DNA of 64,000 nucleotides, taken from assembly GCA_963812605.1 (NCBI GenBank), contig CAWEWF010000014.1, forward strand, positions 448,001 through 512,000, given 5' to 3'. The translations under genes and the position numbers were made by a program. This DNA comes from an uncultured Verrucomicrobiae bacterium (GTDB taxonomy: Bacteria > Verrucomicrobiota > Verrucomicrobiia > Palsa-1439). Positions 18,651 to 29,698 of the stretch are shown in pieces; position 1 is the first letter of the stretch, and every line of letters starts with the position of its first letter. A model generated the notes under the pieces. The model saw only the letters and a list, made by a program, of their open reading frames with translations, ran no database searches and was not told where the DNA came from.

Positions 18651-21600
18651 TTATTGGCATGTGCCGAAATCGCCCACCGCGATGCCGTGCGCATGCGTAC
18701 AAACAACGTTGTGGCAATTAGTTACGCAATCGACTGTTAATCTCTGAATCATGGTAAAATCAAGCTGATCAGCGCAGTACGTGTCGACTTGGAACTCGTC
18801 ATGAACCCGGCCGTTCGCATCAGTGGGGGCGTCGCGCGTGAAGTTCGAGCACGGTGCCGGAGCAGGTGTTGGAAAGTCCTCGTGGACATTTATCCCTTTC
18901 ACCCGGAGTGCCCCGTGATCGGGCAGTTGATTCACTATTTGGTAGACGCATGCGTTTGTGAATCCAACCCCGCTCGAAAGATCGCCGGGCGCCCAGCTTA
19001 CCAATTGAATTCCCGCCGGCATGAGCACCGTTAGGCTGTTGGTTGTTGTGAGCGTGACGTTGTAGGGAGTCGTGAACGTCATGGTTATCTGCACATCCCC
19101 TGCGTTTATGCTGGGCGCCTTGGGCGTGATCGTGGCGACGTTGTTGGTGCTCGTTATCTGGACGAGGCTGGCTCCGGCAATTACTGACCACGTGTACGTC
19201 CCGACCGTGTAAAGCTCTCCGGTGCTCGTCTTGGCGCGTGCCGTGAGTAGGACGTTCGTTTGCTGCGATTGGTTGCACAAATATAATACGTTCGTCGGCC
19301 CGTCAACCGAGACGGAAAGATTCCCGATTCCAGCGAAGTAGAGAATGTGGACGCTATTCTGTGCAGTGGAGGTGGATTGGGCATTGGGCCACTGCTCGAC
19401 GCTGGTGGCGGTAATCGTCGGGTAGGTGAAGTCGTTTTCCGTAATCGTATAGCGCGTGTTGGTCTTGATCTTCACCACAAAACCAATATTGGTTGTGACG
19501 TACCACCCGTAATCATTGGTCGAGTAGATCAGGCCCGGTTGCCCCCAGAACGTGATTTGATTCGGGTCACTGTCCCAGGTGTCGAAGGGAAACGGCGGCA
19601 AGTAGTAGAGCATGTTATCGAAATGCAGGATCACCGTTTGCTCTTCGTCGACCGGCCAATGCTTGATGAAGGTCAGTGCCCCTTGCCAGTGCCCGCCGCC
19701 CAACGAGTGTTCCTGAGCGTCGACGCAACAGCCGCTGATCTGGGACCCTGCGCAATCAACGTTGGTCGGGCAATTGCTGAACTCCTGATAGTATCCCGCA
19801 TCCAAATGGTGGCCGTCGCTCCAGACTTCGCTTTGATACCAGCCGAGGCCGTCCATGGACCATCCGTTCGGGTCCCAGGTAAAGGACATCTGGTGATTGT
19901 TGCAGTTAGGGGAGGCGAGACAATCGCCATCCAACGAATAGTCAGTGTCATAGTTAAGAGGGTTTAGGAACTGGTTTCCCGGTCCACTCCAATATAACTC
20001 ACTCGCGCCTTCGCCCCGGTAGGGATGCGAGTGCGGATAGTTCTGGACAAACCAACAACTGGTATCCACATCCCTCCAATCATCCGGCAAGTTCTCCCAA
20101 TACTGCACCACCTCATACCCGTAAACTACCTCCCGTGCGGTCGCCGCACTGCCGTCAGTATCGATGGCCTGTACCTCGATGACATTGGCATCGATGTTAT
20201 TGAGCGATACTGTCGCACTAAACGTTATGCCGCCGGACCCGCTCGTCGTCGAAGCCGTTTGGCCATTGACCGTGATAGTGCCGGTGAAGTTCGTGCTCGC
20301 GAAGCCTGTCACCGTCACATTCGTGGCATTCACGTCCGTACCGGCCACCGGGCTGTCGATTTCCAAGAAGACACTTGTGTTTTGAATGATCGTAAAGCTG
20401 TTTGTGGCGGCAATCGAGCCGGAATTCCGCGCGGAGACAACCACGATGTTACTGCCGGGCACGATGGGCACTTCACCCCACCAGTTCGTGCCGTGCACAG
20501 CTGCATTGACGGTGGAGTTGGTAATGGTGTTGTCCATGGCATCCAACACATCAATTTGAATGGTCGCATTGTCGTTGTCGATTCCACCGGAGACAGCAAT
20601 GGTTGTCGCGTTGGAGCCGACCACTATCGTGTTGGTCACATCCACCGTGAAGACAGGAAGGTTTGTCGCCGAAGTCGGATCGTAGATGAGCCACACGGAG
20701 TTGGTCACGGTGAACCCGGCATGGTCGGCGGCCACCGCCGTGAAGGTATTGGTGCCGGCCACCAAGTCTTCCAGCCCGGCCCACCAGTTGCCGTTGGTGT
20801 CGCGGCCGTTTACGAAATCACCATTCACGGTGACTTGCAGCCAGCGGTTGGTGTCCAACGCCGGAGCGTTTGTTGCCGCGTCGGCGGCAAATCCCTGAAT
20901 GTTAATGCGCCGCGTGACGACCGTCACCCCGTTGCTGGGCGAGCCAATCGAAATCGTGGGAGGATGCGTATCCAACTCGATCGTCTGCCCAAACACCGGA
21001 CTCAGCGTGCCAGAATTCTTGAGCAACTGAAGGTAGATGCTATGCAGACCGTCGTTGGTGTTCAGCAGCGTATAGGTGAACGGCGAGGCAAACGAGTTCG
21101 TGACACCGTTGGTCATTGTGATGGATTCGGAAATGATCACGTGATCAGCAACCAGCCCCGGGAATCCGAGTTGCACTTGTGCGTTGGTCACCACATCGGC
21201 ACCGCCATTGATGGTAAAACTATAGGGTGCCAAACTGGCGGGATTATTCGGATCAGTTCCCTTCTGGTACTCCCCGAGGTTCGACCAGAAATCGTTGTCC
21301 GGGTCTTCTGAGTCCAGATTCGGATCGAGGGGATTCAGCCTATTGTCAACGGCCCAACCGCTAGGGATGGCGTCGCCATTGTAGCCCTCGGCGGGCGGGA
21401 TTCGGACAACTTTATAGAATTGGCTGGTAACGCCGCTCGCCGTATTCGTATCTTCCCATGTGGTTGAGAGGTCTTCACCCCACATCGCGGTCACCCCGAC
21501 CCAGTTGCTCAAATCGGCTGAGGAAAATATGCCGTAGACGTGGTCGGAACACGAGGTCCATGTCAGGAAAGTGTTGCCCGAACCATCTTGCTCGATGTCG

Positions 21601-22315
21601 GTGATCTGGAAGCCGCTGCTTTCATCAGTGATCGTGCAGGGAATATCATCGTCCATCGCCATGAACATCATTCTGCCGCCGCCTGCGAAGCTCAATGCAG
21701 ACAACGTCCATGCCGCTGCTGCTGCCTCGGCCTCAGCTTCTTCATTGCTAGCGTAGGTCGAATACTGAACGGCATCGGCCAGTCTCGTCTTGAGTGTGAC
21801 AATGGGGGCGGAATCTCATCGGCAGTTAAACCCCAGCAATCGAGGCAATTCGTCACTTGCTGCCATTCCCGCCAGACCCAGGCATTGTAGCCCAGTTGCG
21901 TGCCGGGCTCGTAGCCACTCGGTGCCTCAATGCTCGCGATTACATCCGTCGAGCATCCTGATTGTACCAACGTTTCGCCCGTCAGAACGTTCTTGGTCAA
22001 AACCACGGACGTAACCGTTACCCCATGCATCTGGAGTGTCGCGCAGGAATTCGTGGACGTGGATAGCAAGTCCGCGCAGGTGACTTGCGAGCAATCAATC
22101 CACCACGGCTCGCCGTTGTCCGTTGGGTACGCCCGCCACTGCCACGGCGTCCACGGCAGATAGAGGCTATAGTTCGCGCTGAAGGCCATCTTGGTCAACT
22201 CGGCCAAATTGGTGATGGTCACATCCTGGGCAAGGGTCACTCCCGCAAATGCCAAAAAGAGGATATGGGAAAAAAGCGTCAGTCGCAGTCGGATGTGCTC
22301 GCCAGTCATATTCAT
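18651..22315 (-). CDS. Large (~1220 aa) secreted protein with Ig-like repeats and a Cys-rich C-terminal domain; frameshift in a C5 run near 21805
   Basis: Signal peptide (AFAGVTLA/QD); ORFs 21692..22315 and 18651..21704 join by adding one C (DEIPPP-IVTLKTRLADA...); DT-PP-I-I-SP Ig-like repeats (glucodextranase-B-like). Confidence 0.8.
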
Positions 22316-22439
22316 GCTCGCCCGCTCCTTACCGCTTTGAGCCGCAGATCAAATTTAGAATTCTTCGCCTGGCAGGCTTCTACGCTGCTCGTTTTCCGAA
22401 AGCAAGGCTTTCCTATAGCGGTTTGATTTGGCCTGGCGC

Positions 22440-23160
22440 GACCAACGCCTCGACAGAGCGAGGCGGGTACACCAAGAAATGGATGCCGTGCGCGTATCGT
22501 AAATCGATAAGTTTGCTGGACGTGGTGGGGTGGGGCGGGTATACTGAGGGGAACGAACATGCAACTTCCAACGTTAAACGCCCAACTTTCAAGGGGAGAG
22601 AGGATCCGCCGTCGCTCTGCGAGCTATGGCGCGACTGCGCCGCTGTACGCGGCGCGGCGGCGAAAGGGTATAGGCGGGACCCTCCGTCGCGAGGATGCTG
22701 TGGAGGGCAGGCTGCCTGTTCAACTCGAAGTCGGGAAACGCGGGCGGGACGCCCGCGCCACTATCGTCGAGGCCAGGTCTAATGAACGGCGCGGCGCGTT
22801 ACCTAAACGGCAAGCAAGCGAAAGGACAAAGCTGCGACGAGTCGCAGCACTCCAAAGGGGAACACGAATCGGGAAGGAAGGACACTCCGTCATGCGACGG
22901 GGTCTCAGAACAAGAAGGCTGCAAAACATGCGTTTCTGCGAAACGAACCCGATTTATGGTGAGGCGATGTTGCGATGTAACAAGTTGATACTGAAGGGTG
23001 TTACGACTGGAAGGCGCAAAAACTGAATCGGGTTCGTTTGGAGAAAAACGAAGTCACGGGAGGCCGCGACGGTGACGTCCCTCCTACTTTCAGGGGGAAC
23101 ATTGAAAGAACGGACGCGATCCTTCGACTTCACTCAGGACAGGCCCCGCGCGTCCCTCCA
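22440..23160. repeat. Mosaic of unrelated REP-like palindromes and short repeats
   Basis: CGCCTCGACAGAGCGAGGCG; CAAC heptamer-like run near 22562-22592; CGCCGTCGCTCTGCGAGCTATGGCG; CCCTCCGTCGCGAGGATGCTGTGGAGGG; CGCGGGCGGGACGCCCGCG; GCTGCGACGAGTCGCAGC; AAACGAACCCGATT(22941)...AATCGGGTTCGTTT(23026). Confidence 0.7.
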
Positions 23161-23227
23161 TTTGGGAATTTGGGTCGGCACCGCGCCGTTTACAAAGCGG
23201 GGGTTTGTGGTAATGATGGGCGGCGGT

Positions 23228-23692
23228 ATGAAATCTTATGAACTTTTGCGGGAAGTGTTCCAGACGCATAATCCGAAACAGATCGCGGAGGAGATGGGGT
23301 TGTCCGTTTCGATGGTGTACAAGTGGGCGGAGGCGCCGGAGCAGGGGAGCGGGGCGACCAATCCACTGGATCGGATCGCAGGCCTGGTGAATTCGACCGG
23401 GGACGTGCGGATCGTGGAATGGATTTGTACGCGGGTGGATGGGTTTTTCATCAAGAACCCGAAGGTGGGGCGTACGAAATCGTATACGGTGGTGCCGGCG
23501 ACGAACCGGGTGGTGCAGGAGTTCGCGGAGATGCTGTCGGTGATCGCGAACGCGGCGGTGGACAACGACATTTCGAAAGCCGAGGCGGAGCGGATACGGT
23601 CGCGGTGGGAGGACCTGAAGTCGGTGACGGAGGGGTTCGTGCGCGCTTGTGAAGAGGGGAATTTCCAGACGATTCATGGGGGGAAGGCGTGA
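23228..23692 (+). CDS. Phage regulatory protein CII-like HTH protein
   Basis: PKQIAEEMGLSVSMVYKWAE HTH, NPLDRI, C-terminal AAVDNDISKAEAERIRSRWEDLK. Confidence 0.75.
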   Translation: MKSYELLREVFQTHNPKQIAEEMGLSVSMVYKWAEAPEQGSGATNPLDRIAGLVNSTGDVRIVEWICTRVDGFFIKNPKVGRTKSYTVVPATNRVVQEFAEMLSVIANAAVDNDISKAEAERIRSRWEDLKSVTEGFVRACEEGNFQTIHGGKA

Positions 23693-24186
23693 ACGAGACG
23701 GAATGGCAGGTGGAACGGATCGATTGGGCGGCGTGGAAGCCGACGGAGTACGCGAACCTGTGTTTCATCATGCGGGCTGGGGAGATTTTGTTGATTCGGA
23801 AGAAGCGGGGGCTGGGGGCGGGGAAGATCAACGGGCCGGGTGGTCGGTTGGAGAAGGGGGAGACGGCGCTGGAGTCGGCGATTCGCGAAACTGAGGAAGA
23901 GGTGGGGGTGACGCCGACGGGGTTGGAGCAGATCGGCGAACTATTTTTCCAATTCTTGGATGGCTATAAGCTGCATGTGGCGGTGTTTGCTGCTAGTGGT
24001 TGTGAAGGGGAGCTTTGCGAGACGTTGGAGGCGACGCCGATGTGGACGGATGTGGGGTCGATTCCCTATGATGAGATGTGGGAGGACGACGCGCATTGGC
24101 TGCCGTTGTTGCTGGAGCGGAAGAAGTTTCGCGGGTATTTTGTATTCGATGGCGAGAAACTACTCAATCACCGACTTATTTCGTAG
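23689..24186 (+). CDS. Nudix hydrolase, 8-oxo-dGTPase (MutT/MTH1-like)
   Basis: KKRGLGAGKINGPGGRLEKGETALESAIRETEEEVG; IPYDEMWEDDAHWLP. Confidence 0.88.
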   Translation: MNETEWQVERIDWAAWKPTEYANLCFIMRAGEILLIRKKRGLGAGKINGPGGRLEKGETALESAIRETEEEVGVTPTGLEQIGELFFQFLDGYKLHVAVFAASGCEGELCETLEATPMWTDVGSIPYDEMWEDDAHWLPLLLERKKFRGYFVFDGEKLLNHRLIS

Positions 24187-24357
24187 GGGCTTTTTGTCTC
24201 GGTAACCACTATTGTAACGCGGTTACCACTCTCTCGTTACATCTGTAAACATAATGTTATTAAAGACTTACGATGTGATTCTTCAAGAAAGGCCCGAAAA
24301 TAGCTTGTTTTCATTTGAACAACTGCTATAAACACGGTGTCTGATGCACTAAATAAA

Positions 24358-24690
24358 ATGAAAACTCGCCAAAAGACCATGAAAAAAACCCGTCGGTCAT
24401 CTCCATTGCGCCGTGTGGTGCGGGTCGCGCGCCCCGTCAAGGAACCTACGTTGCTGGAGAAAATCGCGCAAGTGACTGATGAGCTACAGATTCTGCGCAG
24501 CCGCCTGGCCAATGCGGGGGATGATTTCCCTACCGTTGGCACCCATCGCATTTCCGCCTTGGAGGCGGAGCTGGAGCGACTTTGGGATCTGCGGCGCAAA
24601 GAGCAGGCAGCGCCGCTTCGCGAAACCGCTCTGACAGAAGAAGAAGAGAAGGTATTGGCCTTCCCAAGCGGTAGCCGTTCGCGCGGTTAA
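24358..24690 (+). CDS. Small coiled-coil protein, DUF2630-like
   Basis: ISALEAELERLWDLRRKEQA resembles the DUF2630 core; followed by a terminator. Confidence 0.55.
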   Translation: MKTRQKTMKKTRRSSPLRRVVRVARPVKEPTLLEKIAQVTDELQILRSRLANAGDDFPTVGTHRISALEAELERLWDLRRKEQAAPLRETALTEEEEKVLAFPSGSRSRG

Positions 24691-24718
24691 GGGTTGCGAA
24701 GCTTTTCGATGAATTCGG

Positions 24719-24756
24719 CGAGCCGGGTGGATTATCACCCGGCTCGTTGCATTTTT
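24719..24756 (+). terminator. Intrinsic terminator
   Basis: CGAGCCGGGTG-gattat-CACCCGGCTCG followed by TTGCATTTTT. Confidence 0.7.
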
Positions 24757-25666
24757 GGACTTGAAGGGGGGTGCCTGACGCACCCGCAACCCAATTTTCT
24801 TTGCCATGACTACCTCCCGCCCTTATTCTAAAGCGCTCATGGCGACCCAAACCAGGAACACAGCGAAACTTCTCCAGATCATGGCGCGCCTCCGTGGTCC
24901 CGGCGGTTGTCCATGGGACCGCGAGCAAACCCACCAGTCCATTCGTCACAATCTCATTGAAGAATGCTACGAAGCGCTCGATGCCCTGGATGCTGGAGAT
25001 ACAGAAGCGTTTAAGGATGAGCTTGGTGATCTTCTCCTACAGGTCGTCTTCCATGCCCAGATGGCCAGTGAAGCTGGCAAATTTGATTTCGACGCCGTAG
25101 CAAAATCCATCAATGACAAGCTGGTGCGCCGCCATCCACACGTCTTCGGCACGACAAAGGCCCGCAACAGCGCGGAAGTGCTCCAACAATGGGAGGCGAT
25201 CAAGAAGTCGGAGAAAAGCTCGGCGAGTATCGTGCATCTGGAGGACCTGCCGAAACATCTGCCCGCGCTGTTGAAAGCCGACAAGGTGCAACGCAAAGTC
25301 GCGCGCGTTGGGTTCGACTGGAAGCACGTCAAAGACGTTCTCGCCAAAGTCGAGGAGGAGTTACACGAAGTAAAAAGCGCGATGGCATCGAAGGGCCGCA
25401 AAGAATTCGAGGAAGAAGTCGGCGATCTGCTGTTTGCGGTTGTCAACCTCGCCCGCTTTGAAAATCTCCAGGCGGAGGAACTGTTGAACCGCAGCACGGC
25501 GAAATTCGTGAAGCGATTCCAGGCAATTGAGAAGGCCGTTCACGCCAGTGGCCGTCGATTGGAGGATTGCACGCTGGCGGAACTCGATGCGCTTTGGGAA
25601 TCGGCGAAACACAAGCTGCGTCCACGGAAGCATCGACGTCCACTTCTCTGCAGCGCGGAAACGCGC

Positions 25667-26806
<1,140 letters not shown>

Positions 26807-26988
26807 CCCGAATGAGTTTAGCAAAACCCGCCCCCCATGGATAGCATACGAATTTTCCAACTCTCTTTCGTCGCGATGACGAGGGAGCGGGAATGTCATG
26901 CCACCAAATTTTGGTCGCATTTGTGCGCAATGACGTGGAGAATCCGGTCCGTCTGCCTAGTCGCGGTCCCGCAGTCGCGTACGCATAA

Positions 26989-27591
26989 ATGACAATCGAT
27001 TCAACCGACATGAACTGGGATGAAATGTACCGGAAAGGCGAGGTGTTCTGGGATAAGGGCGCACCGGCACCGGCAATGAAGCAGTATCTGGAGCGTCATG
27101 TGGTGCGTGGGCGAGCGCTGGTGCCGGGCTGCGGCCGCGGGCATGAGGTGGCGCTGGCGGTCGAGCAAGGGTTGGACGCGACAGGGCTGGACATCGCGCC
27201 GACTGCCGTCGCGGAGGCGCGCGCACGGTATCCGCAACTGGCAGAGCGCTTCGTGACGGGGAGTTTGTTTGATCCGCCGCCGGAGATGCGCGGCGCCTAT
27301 GATGTGGTGCTCGAGCATACCTGCATGAGCGCATTGCCACCCGCGCTGCGCGCCGATTACCGGCGCGGCATCGACCTGACGCTGCGGCACGGGGGCTTGC
27401 TGATCGGAGTGTGGTTCATCAATCCGGACCTCGATCCGGGTGAGGAAGGCCCTCCGTACCCTTTCAGCGTGGCTGATCTGACCGCCCTCTTTGCCGAGGG
27501 CTACGAAATCGTGGATGATTATGTGCCCGAGGTGGCCTTTGCCGGCCGCGAGGGCCGGGAGCGCGTGCGCGTGCTGCGGCGCGTGGTGTGA
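26989..27591 (+). CDS. TPMT-family SAM-dependent methyltransferase
   Basis: WDKGAPAP, ALVPGCGRGHE, EHTCMSALPP, GPPY. Confidence 0.85.
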   Translation: MTIDSTDMNWDEMYRKGEVFWDKGAPAPAMKQYLERHVVRGRALVPGCGRGHEVALAVEQGLDATGLDIAPTAVAEARARYPQLAERFVTGSLFDPPPEMRGAYDVVLEHTCMSALPPALRADYRRGIDLTLRHGGLLIGVWFINPDLDPGEEGPPYPFSVADLTALFAEGYEIVDDYVPEVAFAGREGRERVRVLRRVV

Positions 27592-27982
27592 TGAGGCGGA
27601 CTCGAAACCATCGCCAGACACGGTGGCCGCCAATGCAAGCGATAGTATGAACCCCAGCAGTCTCGACAATCCACACTCTCAGCGCTCTAGCCCCTTCATC
27701 AACTCCCCACGGTCGCTCCAGACGGCGATCGCGAACAAGCGGTAGAAAAGGTGAAGCACGATGCGTGGTAGTGCCATGTATTGATGGAAGACAGGACGAA
27801 TGGAAGTTGCGGAAACGGAGTTAGGGTCAGGTCTATTTATTATTCAATTGAGCCAGGGTTCGGGTCAGTATGGCGGGTAGGTGTTTCTCCGGGTGTTGAG
27901 AGGGTCGTGTTCTTCGTGTCTACTTCGTGCAATTCGTAGACCCTTCATCGTTCGTGCGTGGCTATCCGGTCACGCCCGAATG

Positions 27983-29305
27983 TCAATTGGCCCTGGCAGT
28001 CACGGGTGCGGAGTTCGTCGGCGCATGCCCCTCCGACTTGCCCCAGGCATCGGCCAGTGAGAACTCGACGTATGGGCGATCGGCCGCGCGCACATTGTCT
28101 TTTCGGTTGGCTACCCAGATCTTGTCAGCGGTCAAATCGTAAATCACAGTTTGCAGGTTGGATTTCATCGCGATGCGCTTCGCCAATTCCTGAATGGTGC
28201 TGACATTAATTTTCCCTTGCATCTCGCTTACGAGCTTCTCCTGTCTGTCCTCGTAGTGCCCGCCGTACACGATATCGCGGAACTGCGGCATGGTCTGGCC
28301 ATCGACCTCCAACTCCTCGCGTTCGTTGGCGCGATAGGCCAGGCACCGCTGGGCCGAAGTCACCATGCCGATCGGGTCGTTATGTCTGTCGCCGAGGAAA
28401 TAAACATACGAATTCGTCCGCCGCGCGGCGCGAATGATCGCCGCGCCATCTCCGGCAGTGTCCGCGTAACGCAGCACATTCTTCAACAGAAACGGCATCG
28501 GTATGCCCGCCAGCGTTTCGCCCGGGGGATTGCCAAAGCCCATTTCACTCAGCGCCACGCCTTGCGCGTTCATGCCGGACACCGCGCCGACGAAACCGAT
28601 CCAGCCGATCGTAACGTACGCGTTGGCATTCTCGGTTGTCGGGCGATAGACCGTGATCAACGGGCGGCGCTGCAGGTTGAAGTTCGCGCCGTAGTCGAGG
28701 ATGCGAAGTTGATAACTGTGCCCATCCTGCGTGGCGCAACCTTTCGCCACGAGACCGCTGCAACTCGTTTCGCCGACATCGGGAAGCGCGTGCATGCGGT
28801 GGATCACATCCAGCGGAATGCCGCTGCCCGCCGCCAGGCCTTCCATTTCTTCGAGGTCTTCCTTCGGCGAATAGCGCGCCATCATCTTCCAGGCGCGGTC
28901 GAGGAATTCGTTAACGATGTGTTCCTCATCCTTGGTGGAGATCAATTTCGAGTTGCGCATCACCTTCGGTAGCAGCTTGTCCGCGCCCGTCTGCACGTCC
29001 TTGATCGTCGCGCGCACCTGCGCCCCGAGCAGCAACCCGTGCTCGTATCCCATTTCGTAAGGCGTGCCGGTGACGTACAAAACGGTAATGCGATTGTCGT
29101 CGTCCCCGATGTATTCAAGGTGTCCCGTGTGGGTGACGGTGCGATCCATCGGCGGGTCGGTGAGGATCCTTTCGACCTTGGGATTCGTCATCACCAGGTC
29201 TCTCGCAACCGTCCCGCAGCCCAGCGCCAGCAAAGCACACGCGCCCGCCATTGCCCACGGGCCGATCTTTCTGAAGGGCAGCATTATCTTGGTTAGCACG
29301 CACAT
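27983..29305 (-). CDS. C45-family Ntn hydrolase lipoprotein
   Basis: Lipobox LALGC, GTPYEMGYEHG, autoprocessing site TS/CSG, RILDY, SGMNAQG. Confidence 0.8.
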   Translation of the reverse strand: MCVLTKIMLPFRKIGPWAMAGACALLALGCGTVARDLVMTNPKVERILTDPPMDRTVTHTGHLEYIGDDDNRITVLYVTGTPYEMGYEHGLLLGAQVRATIKDVQTGADKLLPKVMRNSKLISTKDEEHIVNEFLDRAWKMMARYSPKEDLEEMEGLAAGSGIPLDVIHRMHALPDVGETSCSGLVAKGCATQDGHSYQLRILDYGANFNLQRRPLITVYRPTTENANAYVTIGWIGFVGAVSGMNAQGVALSEMGFGNPPGETLAGIPMPFLLKNVLRYADTAGDGAAIIRAARRTNSYVYFLGDRHNDPIGMVTSAQRCLAYRANEREELEVDGQTMPQFRDIVYGGHYEDRQEKLVSEMQGKINVSTIQELAKRIAMKSNLQTVIYDLTADKIWVANRKDNVRAADRPYVEFSLADAWGKSEGHAPTNSAPVTARAN

Positions 29306-29698
29306 AACTTACTCCTTATTTGGCAAATCGCCAGTGGCTGCGGAACCCCTGAATTACCAGTGGTAATTGATGCCGTTCAGCGACGGAGTGTTCTTCTGCC
29401 AGACGTCGGACTGGGCGGATGGCGAATTCGTAGCGGGCGAGATGGCTACTTCTGGGGTCGCCGCGTTCGTCAGCGTGGCTGGTGACGGGGGGCGGCAATG
29501 CCAGCGAGTTTGTCCGCGGAAGTTGCGGGACCGGATTGCGCCGTCTTGTCCGTCATAAAGACTTGCCACGGCGAAAGCCTCCCCGCCTTTCATCCTACTT
29601 CGTGTTCTTCGTGTCTGCTTAGTGCAATTCGTGGCCCCGCCCTGCGTGGCTTGACTTGTGAAATCGTTTCGATAAGAATCCGCACGCAGCCCGACATC

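Noticed and set aside
22559-23026. 155-aa ORF across the repeat mosaic
   Set aside because: It is a translation of concatenated palindromic repeats, Arg-rich and without domain character.
22440-23160. Possible CRISPR array or structured ncRNA
   Set aside because: The hairpins differ from one another, there is no constant repeat with regular spacers, no cas genes, and no RNA family motif I recognise.
23228-23692. Prophage suggested by the CII-like gene
   Set aside because: No integrase, structural, replication or lysis genes nearby.
27600-27780. Short minus-strand reading frames after the methyltransferase
   Set aside because: Interrupted by a stop and with no recognisable motif; cannot be supported as a gene.
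29354-29593. 79-aa minus-strand ORF ending SLNGINYHW upstream of the C45 gene
   Set aside because: It may be a gene fragment, but there is no convincing start, RBS or family evidence.
29651-29680. LacI-type operator in the ABC promoter (TGAAATCGTTTCGA)
   Set aside because: Only weakly palindromic and no LacI gene in the window.
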